A stretch of 64,000 nt of DNA from an uncultured Candidatus Saccharibacteria bacterium (lineage in GTDB: Bacteria; Patescibacteriota; Minisyncoccia; Phycocordibacterales; UBA9973). Made by a program: the position numbers and the translations under genes. The DNA lies in the NCBI GenBank assembly GCA_964446965.1, contig CAYUQD010000002.1, forward strand, positions 32,689 through 96,688. The letters are read 5' to 3'. The notes under the pieces are model-generated. The model saw only the letters and a list, made by a program, of their open reading frames with translations, did not search any database and was not told the DNA's origin. Below are positions 29,658 through 39,149 of the stretch, in pieces. The number at the start of each line of letters is the position of its first letter. The stretch's first letter is position 1.

Positions 29658-30053
29658 ATGCAAACATATCAATGGTACAGCACACTCCAGAAGCCATCGT
29701 GGGCACCTCCGAGCTGGCTCTTTGGGCCGGTGTGGACAGTACTCTATATCATCATTGCGATTTCGTTTGGGTCAGTGTTTTATAAGGTCGCAACCAAAGC
29801 TATCGCACCTGTAGTAGCATTGCCATTTGTATTGAACCTTATCTTCAACGCTTCGTTTACATACTTTCAATTTGGTCTCAAGAACAACCTGCTCGCTTCG
29901 ATCGATATCCTCCTTGTGCTCGGTACACTCATCTGGGCAATGATCGCTATCTACCCGCACCTCCGGTGGGTCGCGCTCGTCAACATTCCTTATCTGGTGT
30001 GGGTTATATTTGCAACAGTATTGCAGCTGACGATCACGTGGATGAATGCATAA
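29658..30053 (+). CDS. TspO/MBR tryptophan-rich sensory protein
   Basis: WYSTLQKPSWAPPSWLFGPVWTVLY, PYLVW. Confidence 0.9.
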   Translation: MQTYQWYSTLQKPSWAPPSWLFGPVWTVLYIIIAISFGSVFYKVATKAIAPVVALPFVLNLIFNASFTYFQFGLKNNLLASIDILLVLGTLIWAMIAIYPHLRWVALVNIPYLVWVIFATVLQLTITWMNA

Positions 30054-30086
30054 ATAAAAAACGCCCGACTGCTGTCGGGCGCATGA

Positions 30087-30395
30087 TTACTGGTTCAATG
30101 GAACCAAGATAAGTTTTTGTATTGTTTCATCTTTTTTTTCAGACTTGCGACATTTACAAATGTAGGTCTGATTATCTTTGAGGCTACTAAAATGGATGTC
30201 ACATTCCGGGGACAAAATAAATTTTTGTTTCAAACCTTTTTTGTTGGGTGCTTGATCTTCCAAACAAAACCACTCTTTTGCATGAGGGTGAGGTTTTTTT
30301 TCGAATGTGTGACCTATTTCTGTAAACGAAAGAAAAAAAAGTTTTTGACTGGGTCTGAAAAGAGAAATAAGAGCAGATTTTATTATCTGGTACAT
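30087..30395 (-). CDS. Hypothetical protein (AT-rich islet)
   Basis: Terminator 30056-30081; minus TTGACA 30438-30433. Confidence 0.6.
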   Translation of the reverse strand: MYQIIKSALISLFRPSQKLFFLSFTEIGHTFEKKPHPHAKEWFCLEDQAPNKKGLKQKFILSPECDIHFSSLKDNQTYICKCRKSEKKDETIQKLILVPLNQ

Positions 30396-30434
30396 AAGTT
30401 GTTTTTTTACAGTATAGGACGATTAATCCTTCTG

Positions 30435-30881
30435 TCAAGTTTTGCGAGGTAGTGGGTGGAGGTGTGCGGCGATACCAATAGCTGCTGCGATGATGACGAG
30501 GTTTTTGATGATGTACTGCCCGACGATTGTTGGGACAAATGGTGCCTGCCAGGATTCGGTAGGGAGGAATATTAACGGCAGGAATGTCGTAATCATATGG
30601 AATAGAAGGAGGGGGAGAACGATACGTTCTGCACCCTTGATGAGAAAGAGGATACCGATGATGCATTCAAGTGCAGCAAAGAGCATATAGAATGTCGCGA
30701 ACGGCATGAAGTGTATCGTCTGATCAAAGAGTCCGTGGACGAGCCCTCCTGCAGGTGAGAGACCCAATAGTTTCAGTAATCCGAACCAAAAGAACACCAC
30801 AAAGAGAGATACTCGTGCCGCAGGGATACTAATGCGTCGAAAGAAGTGAATGATTGATGAATCTGTTTTTGATATTTCCAT
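30435..30881 (-). CDS. DoxX/YkgB-like membrane protein
   Basis: FFWFGLLKL, GQYIIKNLV. Confidence 0.8.
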   Translation of the reverse strand: MEISKTDSSIIHFFRRISIPAARVSLFVVFFWFGLLKLLGLSPAGGLVHGLFDQTIHFMPFATFYMLFAALECIIGILFLIKGAERIVLPLLLFHMITTFLPLIFLPTESWQAPFVPTIVGQYIIKNLVIIAAAIGIAAHLHPLPRKT

Positions 30882-30907
30882 ATATTAAAGTATACAACTA
30901 AGGAAGG

Positions 30908-30971
30908 AAAAAGGGGGTATCTTTGGAGAACTGTTTGAGCGTAGCGAGTTTTCGGAAAAGATACCCCTTTT
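30908..30971. repeat. REP-like long hairpin between divergent genes
   Basis: AAAAAGGGGGTATCTTT...AAAGATACCCCTTTT with central GAGCGTAGCGAG. Confidence 0.75.
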
Positions 30972-31046
30972 GGATGACGAAGCTTGTCATATATGGTAAA
31001 GTGTACCTTATATACCCCTATACGCCACTGCGAGGGGATTTCGCAT

Positions 31047-33704
31047 ATGACCAACAAACCTTCCGACCCAAAACCAAAAAAGAAAGACATCAAAGATCAG
31101 GGCTATATCGTCGTCAAAGGTGCGCGCACCCACAACCTCAAGAACATCTCAGTCGAGATCCCGCGCGGTACAATGACCGCTATTACTGGACTCTCTGGAT
31201 CGGGCAAGAGTTCGCTCGCCTTTGATACGATATTTGCCGAAGGGCAACGACGCTATGTGGAAAGTCTCTCCTCATATGCGAGACAATTCTTGAATCAAAT
31301 GCCAAAGCCCGACGTCGACGAGATCACCGGACTCTCGCCAGCGATCTCCATTGACCAGAAGTCTCGCTCCAACAACCCTCGTTCTACTGTCGCAACCATC
31401 ACTGAGATCTACGACTATCTCCGTGTGCTCTATGCGCGCATCGGCAAGGCATACTGTCCTGTCTGTGGCACGCTCATCACAAAGCTCTCTCCCGAAGAAA
31501 TCAATACATTTATCCTCGCAAAGATAAAAGACGTCAGCAAAAAAGAAACTGCCCAAACAAAAAAAGTTATGGGAGTCGAGTTCAACGACACACGCATCCA
31601 GATCTATGCCCCGATCGTCCGTGGTCGCAAGGGTGAATACTATCAGCTACTCTATGATTTGCTCGGCAAAGGCTTCACAACAGTACGCGTCGATGGCAAG
31701 ATCCATCAGTTGCGCGAGCGCATCGACCTCAAAAAGAATGACAAACACACCATCGAAGTACTCGTCGATGAACTCGCCGTGCACGAGTTCAAGGACAATC
31801 CTCGTGATGCAGAGCTCCGACTCTTTGAAGGGGTAGAGCGTGCACTACTCGAAGCTGACGGACTCGTCCAAGTTGTGATCGGCAAAAGTGAAGACTTTGA
31901 GATGCAGACAGAATCAATGCAAGAATTCTTGCTCTCATCCAAATTCTCATGCCCAAATGATGGCTATAGTTTCCCGGAGATCGAGCCTCGACTCTTTTCA
32001 TTCAACTCTCCATATGGCGCATGTCCTGAGTGTAATGGTATTGGTACCAAATTTTTTGGTGGTACAGAGCCGTGTCCAGTATGTGAAGGCAAGCGACTTC
32101 GGCCCGAAGCACTCAATGTGTTCCTCGAGACTCCCAAGTCAAAGACTAATGTTGTGGACCTCACCAGTTTCTCTGTCGAAGAAGCATTCGACTTTTTTGC
32201 GACACTCAAACTCTCTGCAAAGGATCGTGAGATCGGCAAAGCTATACTCAAGGAGATCGAAGACCGCCTCACATTTCTCCTCAATGTCGGGCTCGAGTAC
32301 CTCGCACTCTCTCGTACGGCCAACACGCTCTCTGGTGGCGAGGCACAACGTATCCGACTCGCGTCCCAGCTCGGCTCACGTCTCGTCGGCGCACTCTATG
32401 TACTCGATGAACCCACGATCGGTCTCCATCAGCGCGACAACGAACGTCTCATCCGTACACTCGAAGATCTGCGCGATCTGGGCAACACGATCATTGTTGT
32501 CGAACACGACGAGGACACCATCCTCGCATCAGACTTCATGGTAGAGATCGGTCCCAAGGCCGGGATCCATGGCGGACAAGTCATCGTCGCAGATCACCTC
32601 CAGACACTTCTCAATGCAAAGAAAAATGATAGTGGCTCTCGCACGCTCGCATATCTACGCAAGGATGAAGAAATCGAAATCCCTGAGAAGCGTCGCGATA
32701 CAGACAAAGGTACGATCAAGGTAGTCGGCGCCAACCTCCACAACATGCACAATCAGAACATCGATGTACCACTCGGTCGCATGGTTGCCATCACGGGAGT
32801 ATCGGGGTCGGGCAAGAGTACATTCCTCTATGATGTGTTGTACAAGAACTTGCAAGCCAGATTTGACCGCAAACTCCGCAGTGCACAGGTGTACAATGCG
32901 GCCTCATTCACCGGGAGTGAGTACCTCGCTCGTGCCATCATGATCGACCAGTCTCCGATCGGACGTACTCCTCGCAGCAACATCGCGACATACACCGGAG
33001 CGTTCACCCACATTCGTGAGATATTTGCCGCTACCGAAGAAGCTCGTCTGCGCGGATGGAAGCTCAATAGATTTTCATTCAATGTCAAAGGTGGTCGCTG
33101 CGAAGCCTGCGAAGGTAACGGTGAGATCGCAGTCGAGATGCACTTCCTCCCGACGGTATATGTGACCTGTGATGTCTGCAACGGCAAGAGATTTGACAAA
33201 GAAACCCTCACCGTCAAATACAAGCGCAAGAATATCTACGATGTACTCCAGCTCTCAGTCGAAGAAGCACTCGAATTCTTTATGGATATTCCTGCGATCA
33301 GTGATAGGTTGAAAACTCTCAACGATGTCGGGTTGGGGTATGTAAAATTGGGACAAAGCGCCACAACACTCTCTGGGGGAGAAGCACAACGTGTAAAGAT
33401 TGCGAGTGAGCTCTACCGTCCATTCTTAGAAAAAACAATCTATCTGTTGGACGAACCAACCGTTGGGCTCCACTATGATGATGTCAAGAATCTGATCGGG
33501 GTTCTCAACAGACTCGTCGCAAAGGGCAACACCGTCGTTGTGATCGAGCACAACCTCGACCTCATCAAATGCGCCGACTACATCATCGACTTTGGCCCCG
33601 AAGGTGGAGTCCATGGTGGCAAGGTTGTCGCAAAAGGAACTCCCGAAGATGTTGCGAATAATAAAAATTCTCATACGGGAAGTTATCTGAAGAAGTTGGT
33701 ATAA
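31047..33704 (+). CDS. uvrA: Excinuclease ABC subunit A
   Basis: Two ABC ATPase modules ([16 protein letters not shown]), LSGGEAQR twice. Confidence 0.98.
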   Translation: MTNKPSDPKPKKKDIKDQGYIVVKGARTHNLKNISVEIPRGTMTAITGLSGSGKSSLAFDTIFAEGQRRYVESLSSYARQFLNQMPKPDVDEITGLSPAISIDQKSRSNNPRSTVATITEIYDYLRVLYARIGKAYCPVCGTLITKLSPEEINTFILAKIKDVSKKETAQTKKVMGVEFNDTRIQIYAPIVRGRKGEYYQLLYDLLGKGFTTVRVDGKIHQLRERIDLKKNDKHTIEVLVDELAVHEFKDNPRDAELRLFEGVERALLEADGLVQVVIGKSEDFEMQTESMQEFLLSSKFSCPNDGYSFPEIEPRLFSFNSPYGACPECNGIGTKFFGGTEPCPVCEGKRLRPEALNVFLETPKSKTNVVDLTSFSVEEAFDFFATLKLSAKDREIGKAILKEIEDRLTFLLNVGLEYLALSRTANTLSGGEAQRIRLASQLGSRLVGALYVLDEPTIGLHQRDNERLIRTLEDLRDLGNTIIVVEHDEDTILASDFMVEIGPKAGIHGGQVIVADHLQTLLNAKKNDSGSRTLAYLRKDEEIEIPEKRRDTDKGTIKVVGANLHNMHNQNIDVPLGRMVAITGVSGSGKSTFLYDVLYKNLQARFDRKLRSAQVYNAASFTGSEYLARAIMIDQSPIGRTPRSNIATYTGAFTHIREIFAATEEARLRGWKLNRFSFNVKGGRCEACEGNGEIAVEMHFLPTVYVTCDVCNGKRFDKETLTVKYKRKNIYDVLQLSVEEALEFFMDIPAISDRLKTLNDVGLGYVKLGQSATTLSGGEAQRVKIASELYRPFLEKTIYLLDEPTVGLHYDDVKNLIGVLNRLVAKGNTVVVIEHNLDLIKCADYIIDFGPEGGVHGGKVVAKGTPEDVANNKNSHTGSYLKKLV

Positions 33705-33714
33705 AAATGCACAT

Positions 33715-33741
33715 AAAAAAGCCCCGAATTATCGGGGCTTT
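33715..33741. terminator. Bidirectional terminator
   Basis: AAAGCCCCGA-ATTA-TCGGGGCTTT. Confidence 0.85.
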
Positions 33742-33746
33742 ACCTT

Positions 33747-34712
33747 TTAGGGTTTAATTTTTAGTTCAATCTTCAATCTTATTTCATCTTCTGCAGTAAT
33801 CAAAGAACTTGTTACTGATTTTGTTAAAACCTTTTTCACAAATTTTTTGTGTAATTCTAACATACCTTCTTCCATTCTCAGTTCTATTGATAGGATTTCA
33901 ATTGCATAATCAGCAAATCTTTCGGTTTGTGCTTTTGTAAGGCCGTGCTTTGTTGCTAATTTTTCAATTTTTTCTTCCAACGTATCTTCTTTTGGAAGCT
34001 CACTTACAGTTTCAGTTGTTTTTTCTTTTTCAATAATTGTAGCCTTTGAAGGAGTTTTTACTTTGATAACTTCAAAACCTGTTCGCTCCCCAAGTCTAGT
34101 AAGGAATGCATTGCTTTCATCATTTGAAGCACTTGTGTTTAAGGTGATAAGGTCAACCTTGTTGTTAATGATAGCAATTGCTTTTTCTTCAAGATCTTCA
34201 GTTGTTTCTGCAGTAATACTAATATTAATAGGTTTTTCTGCGGGTTTTTTGGCCTTCTCTTTTTCTTCTTCGGTAAGAATTTCTTCCGGAGGTTCTGTAG
34301 AAATTATTTTATTCATAATTTCATAGTGATCTCCTGAGATAAGAAACAGTTGCTTTGTAGTATCAGATTTTCCCAGACCATTTGTAACTTCAAGTTCTAT
34401 AATAGTCCGGCTATCACTGTACATATCAGCGGCCCTCTTGTAGATCGCAAGAAATTCCTGGCTGGTTGTTGTATTTACAATAACCAGCTCTGCCGAACTT
34501 TGCATTTCTTCAAAGGGAAGTCTCTCTCTTCTGAGAGCAACATTATGATCAAACTGATGTGGGGTGCCTTCTTTAATTTTATCTTTTATTTCCTGCGTTA
34601 CAATATCGCCTGAAATAACTCTTAATTGGGTAGGTTTTGGGAAACCTATTTTGAGGCGATTTAGGAGGTTATCGACATCTCCCGATGCGAATATCGCGAT
34701 TTTTTGGCTCAT
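33747..34712 (-). CDS. Hypothetical Glu/Lys-rich protein (islet)
   Basis: 321-aa ORF; minus TTGACA-N16-TAGTAT from 34776. Confidence 0.75.
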   Translation of the reverse strand: MSQKIAIFASGDVDNLLNRLKIGFPKPTQLRVISGDIVTQEIKDKIKEGTPHQFDHNVALRRERLPFEEMQSSAELVIVNTTTSQEFLAIYKRAADMYSDSRTIIELEVTNGLGKSDTTKQLFLISGDHYEIMNKIISTEPPEEILTEEEKEKAKKPAEKPINISITAETTEDLEEKAIAIINNKVDLITLNTSASNDESNAFLTRLGERTGFEVIKVKTPSKATIIEKEKTTETVSELPKEDTLEEKIEKLATKHGLTKAQTERFADYAIEILSIELRMEEGMLELHKKFVKKVLTKSVTSSLITAEDEIRLKIELKIKP

Positions 34713-34819
34713 ACATTATGGGTTTATTTTGTTATGAAATTTTTCTTCATACTACTTATTTTCCCAAAATTGTCAAGTTTTAACCCCGCTGATGGCGGGG
34801 TTTGATATGATGAATATGA

Positions 34820-35014
34820 TTAGCGAAAACGGTTGTTTACGAATCCTTCTTTGTGAGAAGGGTCGCCTAACTGCTTGATAGTGATACGGGGCTGTCGCTC
34901 ATTGTTCTCAATGAGGGTTGCCGAAGGTGTAGCCATAAGGGCACTAAATGAAGTACCAAATATAACTACTGAAATGGCGAGAATGATCATTGCCGAGCTA
35001 AGTATTCTTTTCAT
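34820..35014 (-). CDS. Small exported or membrane-anchored hypothetical protein
   Basis: MKR plus hydrophobic N-terminus; hairpin 34782-34802 downstream. Confidence 0.55.
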   Translation of the reverse strand: MKRILSSAMIILAISVVIFGTSFSALMATPSATLIENNERQPRITIKQLGDPSHKEGFVNNRFR

Positions 35015-35067
35015 GGCCGTACGATTTGGTGAGGAATGATTGTTTATCTATATGATACTCTTCTTGT

Positions 35068-35718
35068 ATGACGAGTCAACAAATAGCACAATCTAAGGCG
35101 ATTTGGGCAACTATTGGCCCAGTGCTACTCAAGCACTACCGTCGCGACGAGACATTCCTCGACTACCAGAACCCATGGCAGCTGAGCGTTGTTGTCACAC
35201 TCTCTGCACAGACAACTGATGATGCGGTGAACAAAGTGACACCGTTATTGTTCAAGACATTCCCAACACCTGACGCACTGGCAAAAGCTCCTATCACAAA
35301 GATAGAAAAAATAATTGGAAGCCTCGGCTTTTATCATTCCAAGGCCAAATATATCAAGGCCGCTGCTGCAATAGTCCACAACGACTGGCACGGAATCATC
35401 CCGCACATTCCCGAACAATTACAAAAGCTTCCCGGGATTGGTCGCAAAGGATCTATCGCAGTCATTAGTAATGCGTATCCAAAATTTGCCAACATCGGGA
35501 TCCCTGTCGACACGCATGTCATCAGATTTGTAAAAAGATTTCGTCTCACCAAGGCAACTGACCCGAGCAAGATAGAGCAAGATTTGTTACAAATAATCCC
35601 CAAGAAGGATTGGAAACGCGCCGGCTACGCCATCAAGGAATACGGGAGAAAGGAAGGGAAGGCGAGGGGGTATAAACCAGAGGTAGATCCACTTATGCAG
35701 ATTTTTGTGGTACAATAG
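35068..35718 (+). CDS. nth: Endonuclease III-like HhH-GPD glycosylase lacking Fe-S cysteines
   Basis: LSAQTTD, LPGIGRK, PVDTHV; no Cys in protein. Confidence 0.85.
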   Translation: MTSQQIAQSKAIWATIGPVLLKHYRRDETFLDYQNPWQLSVVVTLSAQTTDDAVNKVTPLLFKTFPTPDALAKAPITKIEKIIGSLGFYHSKAKYIKAAAAIVHNDWHGIIPHIPEQLQKLPGIGRKGSIAVISNAYPKFANIGIPVDTHVIRFVKRFRLTKATDPSKIEQDLLQIIPKKDWKRAGYAIKEYGRKEGKARGYKPEVDPLMQIFVVQ

Positions 35719-35722
35719 ATTT

Positions 35723-36967
35723 ATGATTCGTCAAGATTTGGACAATCTCGAATTGCCACAGACCCCAGGGGTCTATTTTTGGCGTGATAACTCCAACAAT
35801 ATTCTCTATATTGGCAAGGCAACCAACCTCCGCGATCGCACCCGCAGCTACTTTGCTCCCGACCTGATCAAGACTCGCGGCCCTCGCCTCGTCGACATGG
35901 TATTCAAGTCTTCGACCGTGACATGGCAAGAAACGTCGAGTGTCCTCGAAGCATTGATCCTCGAAGCCAACCTTATCAAACAGTACCAACCGTACTACAA
36001 CCGCGATGAGAAGGACGACAAGAGTTTCAATTGTGTCGCCATTACCAAAGAAGACTTCCCGAGGATTCTCCTCGTCCGCAAAAAGGATGTGGACGAACGC
36101 GCAAAGACTGTGCGACCGCTTCGTTCCAAAGTCGCTATCAAATACGACACAGTATTTGGTCCGTACCCACATGGTTCGTCGCTCAAAGAAGCACTGCGCA
36201 TTATCCGTGGCATATTTCCATTTCGCGATCGAGCGAGCGCAATGAAGGACAAGGAAGCGTTCTATCAACAGATCGATCTCTCACCGGCGACTGCAACAGC
36301 TGAGGACAAAGCCAACTATCGCAAAACGATCGGGCGTATCAAGATGATGCTCCAAGGCAAGTTCTCGTCGCTCAAGACCGAGCTCAAACGCGAGATGACC
36401 GCCGCCGCAAAATCTGAGCAGTTCGAAGAGGCCAATGATATCAAACACAAACTCTTTGCACTCGAACATATCAAGGACGTGTCACTCATCAAGCGTGAGC
36501 TCGTCACTGGCAATACTGACGAGACGTTCCGTATCGAGGCATACGACATCGCACACCTCTCGGGCAAGCAGATGGTGGGAGTGATGACTGTCGTCGAGAA
36601 TGCCACCGCAAACAAAAATGAATATCGCAAATTTATTATCAAAGGGTTCGATACTGCCAACGACCCTGGCGCACTGCGTGAGATACTCACTCGACGCCTC
36701 GCGCATACTGAGTGGCGCTACCCTGATGTGATCGTCGTCGATGGCAACATCATTCAGATCAATGCAGCAAAGAGTGTGCTCGATGAAGTACAACTCGCTA
36801 TCCCAATTGTTGCAGTGACCAAGGACGAACATCACCGTGCAAAGTCTCTATCTGGTCCAACAGAACTCATCGAGCTCCACAAATACGGCATCTTGCTCGC
36901 CAATGCAGAGAGTCATCGCTTCGCCATTACTTTCCACAAGGCACGACGGAGCAAGGCAATGCTATAA
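35723..36967 (+). CDS. uvrC: UvrC-family excinuclease, short form
   Basis: GIY-YIG (PGVYFW..LYIGKA), RIEAYDIAH, VVDG; no C-terminal HhH. Confidence 0.85.
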   Translation: MIRQDLDNLELPQTPGVYFWRDNSNNILYIGKATNLRDRTRSYFAPDLIKTRGPRLVDMVFKSSTVTWQETSSVLEALILEANLIKQYQPYYNRDEKDDKSFNCVAITKEDFPRILLVRKKDVDERAKTVRPLRSKVAIKYDTVFGPYPHGSSLKEALRIIRGIFPFRDRASAMKDKEAFYQQIDLSPATATAEDKANYRKTIGRIKMMLQGKFSSLKTELKREMTAAAKSEQFEEANDIKHKLFALEHIKDVSLIKRELVTGNTDETFRIEAYDIAHLSGKQMVGVMTVVENATANKNEYRKFIIKGFDTANDPGALREILTRRLAHTEWRYPDVIVVDGNIIQINAAKSVLDEVQLAIPIVAVTKDEHHRAKSLSGPTELIELHKYGILLANAESHRFAITFHKARRSKAML

Positions 36968-36974
36968 TATATTC

Positions 36975-37928
36975 ATGCAAAAAATAGGCGTACTACGCGG
37001 CGGACCAGGAGATGAATATTTTCTTTCATTAGAGAGTGGTGCGCGTATTATGAAGGCGTTGCAAAAAGAAGGCTACGATGTCCTCGACATGCTCGTCGAC
37101 AAAGAAGGCATTCTGCATATCAAAGGTATCCCCGCATCGATCGAACAAATCTCTGACGAAGTAGATATGGTGTGGAATGCTATTCATGGAGAGGTGGGAG
37201 AATACGGCCGCATTCAGAAACTCCTCGAAGAGATAGGTATCCCGTACGCAGGCTCTGGTCCTGACGCATCTATGGTGACCGCCAACAAACTTCTCGCCAA
37301 GGATCATGCGCGCGATATCGGACTCAAGACTCCGGACGCAGTACTCGTCATGCCAGATGGTACCGAGAGTGTTGCGGCTATTACTCAAAATATCTACAAG
37401 CGCATGTCACCTCCATGGGTGCTCAAGCCTCTCGTGGGTGGTGCATCGATCAATACATACTTTGCCTTCACTCCACTCGAGCTCGCACAGTTCGTCGAAG
37501 AGAGTGTGACACATGGACAGAATTTCATTGTGGAGCAGTATATCTATGGGAGAGAAGCATCAGTCGGAGTGATCGATGGATTTCGCGGCCAAGACAACTA
37601 TGTATTGCCAGTGGTCGAACTCAAGAGTCCGAGCAAAGGTGTCCTCACCCACGACGCTCGCAAGGATGATGGACACGCAGTTGTTGGTGGCGGATTTCGT
37701 ACTGACGAACGCGAGCAACTCAGCGCACTCGCAAAACAACTCCACACTCACATCGGTGCAAAGGATTACTCTCAATCAGAGTTCATTATCGATAAATATG
37801 GCAAGATCTGGTACATCGAGACAGACACAGTGCCACACATGGGGGATCACAATGCATTCGTCAAAGCACTCAAGCATGTCGGGAGCTCAGTCGGAGAGTT
37901 TGTGAAATCTATTATTGGGAGAAAATAG
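36975..37928 (+). CDS. D-Ala-D-Ala ligase-like ATP-grasp protein with degenerate motifs
   Basis: GVLRGGPGDEY..SL.SG, AIHGEVGE, VLKP, VEQYIYGRE. Confidence 0.8.
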   Translation: MQKIGVLRGGPGDEYFLSLESGARIMKALQKEGYDVLDMLVDKEGILHIKGIPASIEQISDEVDMVWNAIHGEVGEYGRIQKLLEEIGIPYAGSGPDASMVTANKLLAKDHARDIGLKTPDAVLVMPDGTESVAAITQNIYKRMSPPWVLKPLVGGASINTYFAFTPLELAQFVEESVTHGQNFIVEQYIYGREASVGVIDGFRGQDNYVLPVVELKSPSKGVLTHDARKDDGHAVVGGGFRTDEREQLSALAKQLHTHIGAKDYSQSEFIIDKYGKIWYIETDTVPHMGDHNAFVKALKHVGSSVGEFVKSIIGRK

Positions 37929-37986
37929 GTTTTTTTAATAAATTCCTCGAGGGTTGATACCTATCTATATATAGTATACTTCTAGT

Positions 37987-38988
37987 ATGGACCACAAAAA
38001 ATTACAACCGCTATTTTTCTTCTTGTCACTAGGTACGGTCATTGCGCTTATCGTGAGTGTGTCGGCATTGCTCAACCTCTCCTTTGAGACACTCAACCAC
38101 GCACTCCCCGATGTGCTTACTGATAGCTATCAGTATGGATACGCGAGTTATAGCTACGATGGTGTACGAAGTGCACTCGCCCTGCTTATTATCGTGTTCC
38201 CGGTGTACCTCATTCTCGATCGTGCATGGTTTCGCCAATCCAAGAAAATGGAGGGTTGGAACAGTACGCTCCGCAAATGGGCGATCTATCTCGTCTTGTT
38301 CCTCGCAAGTATCACTATCCTCACCGATCTCGTAATACTCGTCCGATACTTTGTCTCAGGCGAGATTACCGCGCGCTTTCTCTGGAAAGTAGGTATCACA
38401 CTGGTAGTTGCTGGCAAGGTTGGCTACTACTATGTGCGAGTATTGATGGACAAGGCGACACGTGCTTGGCGCACTATCTATCTCGTCGGGTGGGTACTCC
38501 TCGCGCTCGCTGTCCTCATCTGGAGTTTCTCAGTGATCGGCTCACCAATGAATCAACGCAAACTCCGTATGGATCAGCGTCGTACCGAGGATTTGCAGTC
38601 GATACAGTGGCAGGTGATCAGCTACTGGCAACAAAAGGAGAAGTTACCCGAGACGCTCGCCGAGCTCAACAATCCACTCTCGAGCTATATGGTGCCGCGA
38701 GATCCCGAATTTCAAAAAGGTGCGGTATATGAATATTCCAAGACTGGCGCGATGAGTTTTGCGCTCTGTGCGACATATGATCTCCCACAACCAGAAGGGT
38801 GGGTACCGGGAAGTAGTGGGGGAGGATATTATCCGATGGATGGTATGCGTGATGTTGCAGTATCTGCGGTCGCACCATATCCAGGTATCGGAGGCGACAC
38901 ATGGGATCACGAGACTGGACGTACCTGTTTCGACAGAACAATAGATCCCGAACTCTATCCTCCGTTTCCAAAAGCGGTGAAGGGATAG
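37987..38988 (+). CDS. DUF5671-like membrane protein
   Basis: Multi-TM; LIIVFPVY, LRKWAIYL.LF, GEIT.RF, GSP...R..R.D. Confidence 0.75.
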   Translation: MDHKKLQPLFFFLSLGTVIALIVSVSALLNLSFETLNHALPDVLTDSYQYGYASYSYDGVRSALALLIIVFPVYLILDRAWFRQSKKMEGWNSTLRKWAIYLVLFLASITILTDLVILVRYFVSGEITARFLWKVGITLVVAGKVGYYYVRVLMDKATRAWRTIYLVGWVLLALAVLIWSFSVIGSPMNQRKLRMDQRRTEDLQSIQWQVISYWQQKEKLPETLAELNNPLSSYMVPRDPEFQKGAVYEYSKTGAMSFALCATYDLPQPEGWVPGSSGGGYYPMDGMRDVAVSAVAPYPGIGGDTWDHETGRTCFDRTIDPELYPPFPKAVKG

Positions 38989-39082
38989 TACACTACTACA
39001 CGGTATTTTCTTTTTATAAAATAAATTACATTGTATGTGGGCATCAGCATCCTTTTTGGGTTATTGGTGGAAACGCTAATCT

Positions 39083-39110
39083 AAAGACCTTCAGTGTGAA
39101 GGTCTTTTTT
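39083..39110 (+). terminator. Intrinsic terminator upstream of leuS
   Basis: AAAGACCTTCA-GTG-TGAAGGTCTTTTTT. Confidence 0.8.
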
Positions 39111-39149
39111 ATTTGCTACAAACCCCTTTTTGTGGAAAAATGAACTTCT

